A stretch of DNA of 32,000 bases from Candidatus Pelagibacter ubique HTCC1062. Lineage in GTDB: Bacteria > Pseudomonadota > Alphaproteobacteria > Pelagibacterales > Pelagibacteraceae. A program made the translations under genes and the position numbers. Location: NCBI RefSeq assembly GCF_000012345.1, contig NC_007205.1, forward strand, positions 150,001-182,000, written 5' to 3'. The notes beneath the pieces are model-generated. The model made no database searches and was not told where the DNA came from. It saw only the letters and a list, made by a program, of their open reading frames with translations. This document shows, piece by piece, positions 27,954-32,000 of this stretch (position 1 is the stretch's first letter; each line of letters opens with the position of its first letter).

Positions 27954-28838
27954 TTAATCTATCTTTAACGAATCTATTGTGAAATTAAGCTTACCAAGAT
28001 CTTCTACAAGTTGTTTTTTATCTTTTTTGTTTAAAAGACTAACCGGTGGTATAACATTTTTGTAACAATCATCTTGATCTGACATAAAAGAATGTAATCC
28101 TGATATTAAATTGTATTGGTCAAAAGTACCCCTAACTTTGCCTAGTATCTCATTTACCGTTTGTTGTTTTTTTTCGTTAAAATCATCGTAAACTTTTCTA
28201 GATAAATTAGCAGTTACATTGCAAGTTGCTGTAATAATACCATCACATCCAAGCTCAAGACCCTTTAGGAGTTTTAGTTCTGATCCCGGCATAACAGAGA
28301 AATTATCAATCTTTAAATTTTCATATAGGTTATAGGAGCTATCTTTGACACCAACTATTTGTTTTGGAAATTTCTTAACAAGCTCCTTAACACACTCAAC
28401 GCTAAATTTGTAGCCACACAACTTTTCAAAATTATATAAAATAATCTTACTGTCTGGCACAGCTTCAACTACTTTTGAGTAAAATTCTATTACCTCACTA
28501 TCACCATACTTATAATAAGCTGGTGGCATTATTAAAAAATCACTAAAGTTTAAAGAGTTAGCCACTTTCATTAAATTTATAGTTTCATTTAAGGAATTTA
28601 GCCCAGTTCCAATTAAGTATTTTTCTTTATATTTGCTATTCGATAATTCATTTAAGAGGCTAATTTTTTCACTTATAGATATAAGTTGTGCTTGCCCAGT
28701 GCTTCCAAAAATAGCAACACCGTGACAACCTTGATCTATTATTCTTTCTGCATGATTTATAGTCTTGGCTATATTTAGACTTAAATCATCATTAAAAACT
28801 GACATTCCAGCTGCGTAAATACCTTTAATTTTTTTCAT
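27954..28838 (-). CDS. DHDPS/N-acetylneuraminate-lyase family class I aldolase (specificity uncertain)
   Basis: GVAIFGSTGQ (GxTGE-like), ILYNFEKLCG (YN.P..tG region) and VGVKDSS (Schiff-base Lys region). 294 aa. Confidence 0.8.
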   Translation of the reverse strand: MKKIKGIYAAGMSVFNDDLSLNIAKTINHAERIIDQGCHGVAIFGSTGQAQLISISEKISLLNELSNSKYKEKYLIGTGLNSLNETINLMKVANSLNFSDFLIMPPAYYKYGDSEVIEFYSKVVEAVPDSKIILYNFEKLCGYKFSVECVKELVKKFPKQIVGVKDSSYNLYENLKIDNFSVMPGSELKLLKGLELGCDGIITATCNVTANLSRKVYDDFNEKKQQTVNEILGKVRGTFDQYNLISGLHSFMSDQDDCYKNVIPPVSLLNKKDKKQLVEDLGKLNFTIDSLKID

Positions 28839-28882
28839 ATTAATTCCTATAATGATTACTTATATACTTTAAACAATTAAAA

Positions 28883-29818
28883 ATGAAAAAGAATAATTCA
28901 ATAATCATAGGTTCTGGAGTTATAGGGAGTTATTTAGCAAAATTTCTATTATCAAAAAGACAAAAGATTATAGTAACTTCAAGAAAAAGAAAAAAGGCTT
29001 ATACAAATTATAATAAATTAAATATTGAAAATAAAATAATATTTGAGAAGTTAAATTTTTTAAAAAAAGACGAAATATTAAAACTTTTAAAAAAATATAC
29101 TCCAAAAAATATATTTTACTTTTCTGGGCAAAGCTCTCTTACAAAAAGTATCAAGCTTAAAAAAGTAACCAATGATTCTAATTATATTGGTGCTAAAAAG
29201 ATTTTGGAAATTCTTCATAAATATGAATTAAAAACAAATTTTTATAAGGCTAATTCAGGATATATATTTGAACCAAATAAAGGATTGGTTAATATAAAAT
29301 CTAAAATTTCAAAAAATAATAATCCTTATATTCAATCACAAATTAAGGCTCATAAAGAAGTCAAAAAATTCAGAAAAAAAGGAGTTAATTGCTCTAGTAT
29401 ATTTTTTTTACAAGTTGAATCTCCATTAAGAAATAATGATTTTTTTATAAAAAAAATTTGTACACATGCTAAGTTAAAAAAAAATATTACTGTTGGTAAT
29501 CTTAATACGATACGAGATTATTCCTGGGCTCCAGAAATTGTTGAAGGCATTTATCATCTTACCAAAATTAAACCTAGAGATTTGATGTTATCAAGCGGTC
29601 AGGGAATTTCTGGCTATGAAATTTTAAAAACTGCCTATGAACAAAATAAACTTGATTACAGAAAATATTTTTCAATTAATAAAAAATTTATTAGACCTGA
29701 TGAAGTTGAAGTAATGATGGGATCAAAAAAAAATTATGAAATATTAAATAAAAAATTTAAATATCAAATAAAAATTGGTGGTGCAAAATTAGTCAAGAAG
29801 ATTTTTAACTCAATATGA
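28883..29818 (+). CDS. GDP-mannose 4,6-dehydratase-like extended SDR, divergent
   Basis: IIGSGVIGSYLAKFLL (cf. Gmd TGxxGQDGSYLAEFLL). QVESPLRNNDFFIKKI (cf. NHESPRRGETFVTRKI). VGNLNTIRDYSWAPEIVEGI (cf. LGNMDSLRDWGHAKDYV). The catalytic region reads NPYIQSQIKAH rather than SPYAxAKLYAxW. Confidence 0.7.
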   Translation: MKKNNSIIIGSGVIGSYLAKFLLSKRQKIIVTSRKRKKAYTNYNKLNIENKIIFEKLNFLKKDEILKLLKKYTPKNIFYFSGQSSLTKSIKLKKVTNDSNYIGAKKILEILHKYELKTNFYKANSGYIFEPNKGLVNIKSKISKNNNPYIQSQIKAHKEVKKFRKKGVNCSSIFFLQVESPLRNNDFFIKKICTHAKLKKNITVGNLNTIRDYSWAPEIVEGIYHLTKIKPRDLMLSSGQGISGYEILKTAYEQNKLDYRKYFSINKKFIRPDEVEVMMGSKKNYEILNKKFKYQIKIGGAKLVKKIFNSI

Positions 29819-30753
29819 AAACATGTATATACTTAAGCTATAAAGGTTTAGGTGCAAATTTATTACACCTTGCTTACTGTCATGAGATAGCTCAAAAATA
29901 TGGTCCTGTCACGATTATTACATTGTGCAATAATTTAGAGGCTGCTTTAAAGGATGACCCATTAATTGATAAAATTATCTTTATAAATAAGTATCATAAA
30001 AGATTTATTGATATCTTAAGGTTAAGAAACTTTTTTAACTCTTTTAATTTTGATCAAATCTTTATTTTTTATCCAAGTGTAAGAATTTATCTAGCCTCAG
30101 TTTTATCTAATATTAAGAAAGTTTTTTGCTATCCATTATTCAAGAAAAATAAATTACATTTGGTTGATGCTGCAAAAAAATTCACTGAAAAATCTTTGGG
30201 AATAACTGATTGCTCAACTGAAACAAACTATTTCATTAAAGAAAATAAGATACAAAATATAAAAAAAAACATAGACACAAAAAAATTTACAATTGTTATT
30301 GGAGCTGGATCTTCTGGACCTACAACAAAGTGGGGTGCTAAAAATTATTCCAACTTGATAAACAAACTCAACAATAATGGAGATTATTATTTTTTTATTC
30401 TTTGTGGTCCAAAGGATAAAGATTTGTCCAATGAAATTACAAATAATATTAAAAGTAATAACTATGTTTCATTATACGATAAAAAGATAGAAGAAGTTAT
30501 TCCATTTCTATGTTCGGCCAACATGTATGTTGGTAATGATTCATTTGGATCTCATATAACAGTTCAGTCAGGAATAAAAAGTTTAGTAATACTCTTAGAT
30601 TCTCCTAAAGCATACACAGATTATAGTAAAAATTATCAGAGAATATTTCCAGAAAATATTAAAATTGAAAATATAACTCATGGATCAAATTTAAACCCAA
30701 ACGATGTATCTGTTGAGAAAGTCTATCAAGAAATTCTTAATAATAAATTCTAG
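29815..30753 (+). CDS. glycosyltransferase family 9 (heptosyltransferase-like)
   Basis: GAGSSGPTTKWGAKNYSNLI (cf. GASxxxKRWPxxxfaeL) and MYVGNDSFGSHIT (cf. vGnDSGxmHlAaA). ATGA overlap with the upstream SDR gene. Confidence 0.75.
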   Translation: MKTCIYLSYKGLGANLLHLAYCHEIAQKYGPVTIITLCNNLEAALKDDPLIDKIIFINKYHKRFIDILRLRNFFNSFNFDQIFIFYPSVRIYLASVLSNIKKVFCYPLFKKNKLHLVDAAKKFTEKSLGITDCSTETNYFIKENKIQNIKKNIDTKKFTIVIGAGSSGPTTKWGAKNYSNLINKLNNNGDYYFFILCGPKDKDLSNEITNNIKSNNYVSLYDKKIEEVIPFLCSANMYVGNDSFGSHITVQSGIKSLVILLDSPKAYTDYSKNYQRIFPENIKIENITHGSNLNPNDVSVEKVYQEILNNKF

Positions 30754-31256
30754 ACTAAATTTTTTAAAACTACTTCCTTTGCTTCGTTTACAATCATCGA
30801 TAATCTTGTGGTCTCTGGTGAAATATCAGGATGTATTTTTTTTTGGATTTTTATGTATGCTTTTTGAACATCATCTTTAGTAATTTTTTTTTTAATATCT
30901 AAGTTTAAGATCTTATAAGCCTCTTCTATAGTTATTGTGGAAGAATTTTTAATATTTTGATTTTGGTTAAATGAAAATCTCCCAGAGTTTCTAAGTGTTT
31001 GTATAAGTCTAAATAAACCAATTAATTGAAATATTGAAAACCCCTTTAGTTTAACTAAAGCTAAGCTAAGCAAAGTAAGTGGTATACTTAACAAAAACTT
31101 GCCAGCAACAAAAAGCAATATTGCCAAAATTATTAAACCTAAAAAAATTAATTTTCTTAAATGTTTTGATATTTTTTTTGATGAAGTATTCGCTACTAAT
31201 TTAAGTAAAAAGTAAGTAATTCCCAAAAAAATTAGTGTATAAATAATAATATTCAT
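30750..31256 (-). CDS. membrane-anchored J-domain protein (C-terminal DnaJ domain, Tim14/Pam18-like architecture)
   Basis: About three N-terminal TM segments, then a J domain EEAYKILNLD...VQKAYIKIQKKIHPD with an intact HPD. The track ORF starts at GTG 31286. ATG 31256 (MNIIIY...) avoids overlapping the divergent ptrB start. Confidence 0.8.
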   Translation of the reverse strand: MNIIIYTLIFLGITYFLLKLVANTSSKKISKHLRKLIFLGLIILAILLFVAGKFLLSIPLTLLSLALVKLKGFSIFQLIGLFRLIQTLRNSGRFSFNQNQNIKNSSTITIEEAYKILNLDIKKKITKDDVQKAYIKIQKKIHPDISPETTRLSMIVNEAKEVVLKNLV

Positions 31257-31273
31257 ATATTTAATTTGTATCC

Positions 31274-32000
31274 ATGAAAATACCACATCTTAAAAAAAAA
31301 TCAGAAATAAAAACGTGCCATAACATTAGTTGGGAAGATGATTATAGTTGGATACATCAAGATGATATCTTGGAGGTTTTAAAGGATAGCAAAAAATTAA
31401 ACCCTGAAGTCAGAAAATATCTTGAAGAAGAAAACTCTTATACTGATTTTCACTTATCAGATACCAAGACCATTCAAAAAAAATTATTTGATGAAATCAA
31501 AGGAAGAATAAAATTAGATGATGAGTCTTTACCTTTTAAAGATTTTGATTATGAATATTGGTCAAAAACAACTACCAAAGGAAATTATTCCATAAAATTA
31601 AGGAAAAAAATCGGAACTAACAATATTGAAGAAATTTGGAATGGAGATGAAGAAAAAGAAAAACTAAAAGTAGAATACTTTGGTGTTGGAGATTTGGAGG
31701 TTAGTTTTAATGACAAATATTTGGGATACTCTTTAGATACAAAGGGTTCTGAATATTACACAATATATATTAGAGATATAAATACAAAAAAATTAGTTAC
31801 TGAAAAGATTGAGGAAACATCAGGTAGCATAACTTTCAGTTTAGATGATCAGTATGTTTTTTATTCAAAACTTGATGAAAATCATAGACCAAGAAAAATT
31901 TATAGACACAAATTAGGTACTAAAGTTAGTGAAGATCAATTAATTTTCGAAGAAAAAAGTGAAGCCTTTACGGTTGGAATTGGTTTAAGTGCAGATGATA
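31274..32000 (+). CDS. ptrB: oligopeptidase B (protease II, S9 family), N-terminal beta-propeller part; continues beyond window
   Basis: Hand translation from ATG 31274: MKIPHLKKKSEIKTCHNISWEDDYSWIHQDDILEVLKDSKKLNPEVRKYLEEENSYTDF...HRPRKIYRHKLGTKVSEDQLIFEEKSEAFTVGIGLSADD. Open to base 32000. The pattern matches the PtrB N-terminus (D.Y.WlrD...v..yL.aEN.Yt, HRP..v.rH.lGt). Absent from the ORF track because it has no stop in the window. Confidence 0.85.
   Translation, partial: MKIPHLKKKSEIKTCHNISWEDDYSWIHQDDILEVLKDSKKLNPEVRKYLEEENSYTDFHLSDTKTIQKKLFDEIKGRIKLDDESLPFKDFDYEYWSKTTTKGNYSIKLRKKIGTNNIEEIWNGDEEKEKLKVEYFGVGDLEVSFNDKYLGYSLDTKGSEYYTIYIRDINTKKLVTEKIEETSGSITFSLDDQYVFYSKLDENHRPRKIYRHKLGTKVSEDQLIFEEKSEAFTVGIGLSADD

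Noticed and set aside
31257-31286. A GTG start at 31286 that gives the J-domain protein 10 extra residues and a 13-nt head-to-head overlap with ptrB.
   Set aside because: ATG 31256 gives a normal N-terminal TM segment (MNIIIYTLIFLG...) and removes the divergent overlap. The extension has no supporting feature. The start remains somewhat uncertain.
27954-31286. Possible horizontally acquired island, since the sugar genes look even more AT- and Lys-rich than their neighbours.
   Set aside because: There are no flanking tRNA, integrase, direct repeats or transposase remnants. Gene packing and codon style look the same as the rest of the window. I cannot compute the composition difference rigorously here.

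Overview
The window is very AT-rich (roughly 30% GC by eye) and extremely gene-dense. I count about 34 protein-coding genes with almost no intergenic DNA. Many neighbours share start and stop codons (TAATG or ATGA junctions), and several convergent genes share stop codons. Composition, gene packing and gene content fit a streamlined marine alphaproteobacterium of the SAR11/Pelagibacterales type. That assignment is an inference and I could not confirm it by a search. The content is almost entirely core housekeeping: ubiA; a late lipid A/Kdo operon (msbA-waaA-lpxK-lpxL); purD; rsmD; pgi; the ribF-ileS-lspA block; groES-groEL; a DEAD-box helicase divergent from typA/bipA; tldD-pmbA; a rhodanese/DCC thiol pair; a small sugar-related cluster (DHDPS-family aldolase, GDP-mannose-dehydratase-like SDR, GT9 glycosyltransferase); a membrane J-domain protein; and the 5' end of oligopeptidase B. 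I found no rRNA, tRNA, CRISPR array, transposase, integrase, phage gene or recognisable defence or toxin module. I see no convincing evidence for a novel multi-gene system here. The features most worth a second look are: (1) a nucleotide-perfect 96-bp tandem repeat (about 3.7 copies) encoding the basic tail of the helicase; (2) the two unusually long non-coding gaps flanking that helicase, one holding a 37-codon highly basic ORF; (3) a 391-aa protein with a polylysine head, a coiled coil and an orphan C-terminal domain; (4) a GMD-like SDR whose canonical catalytic residues appear substituted, next to a DapA-like aldolase lacking the DapA-specific arginine; (5) a Tim14/Pam18-like membrane J-protein.
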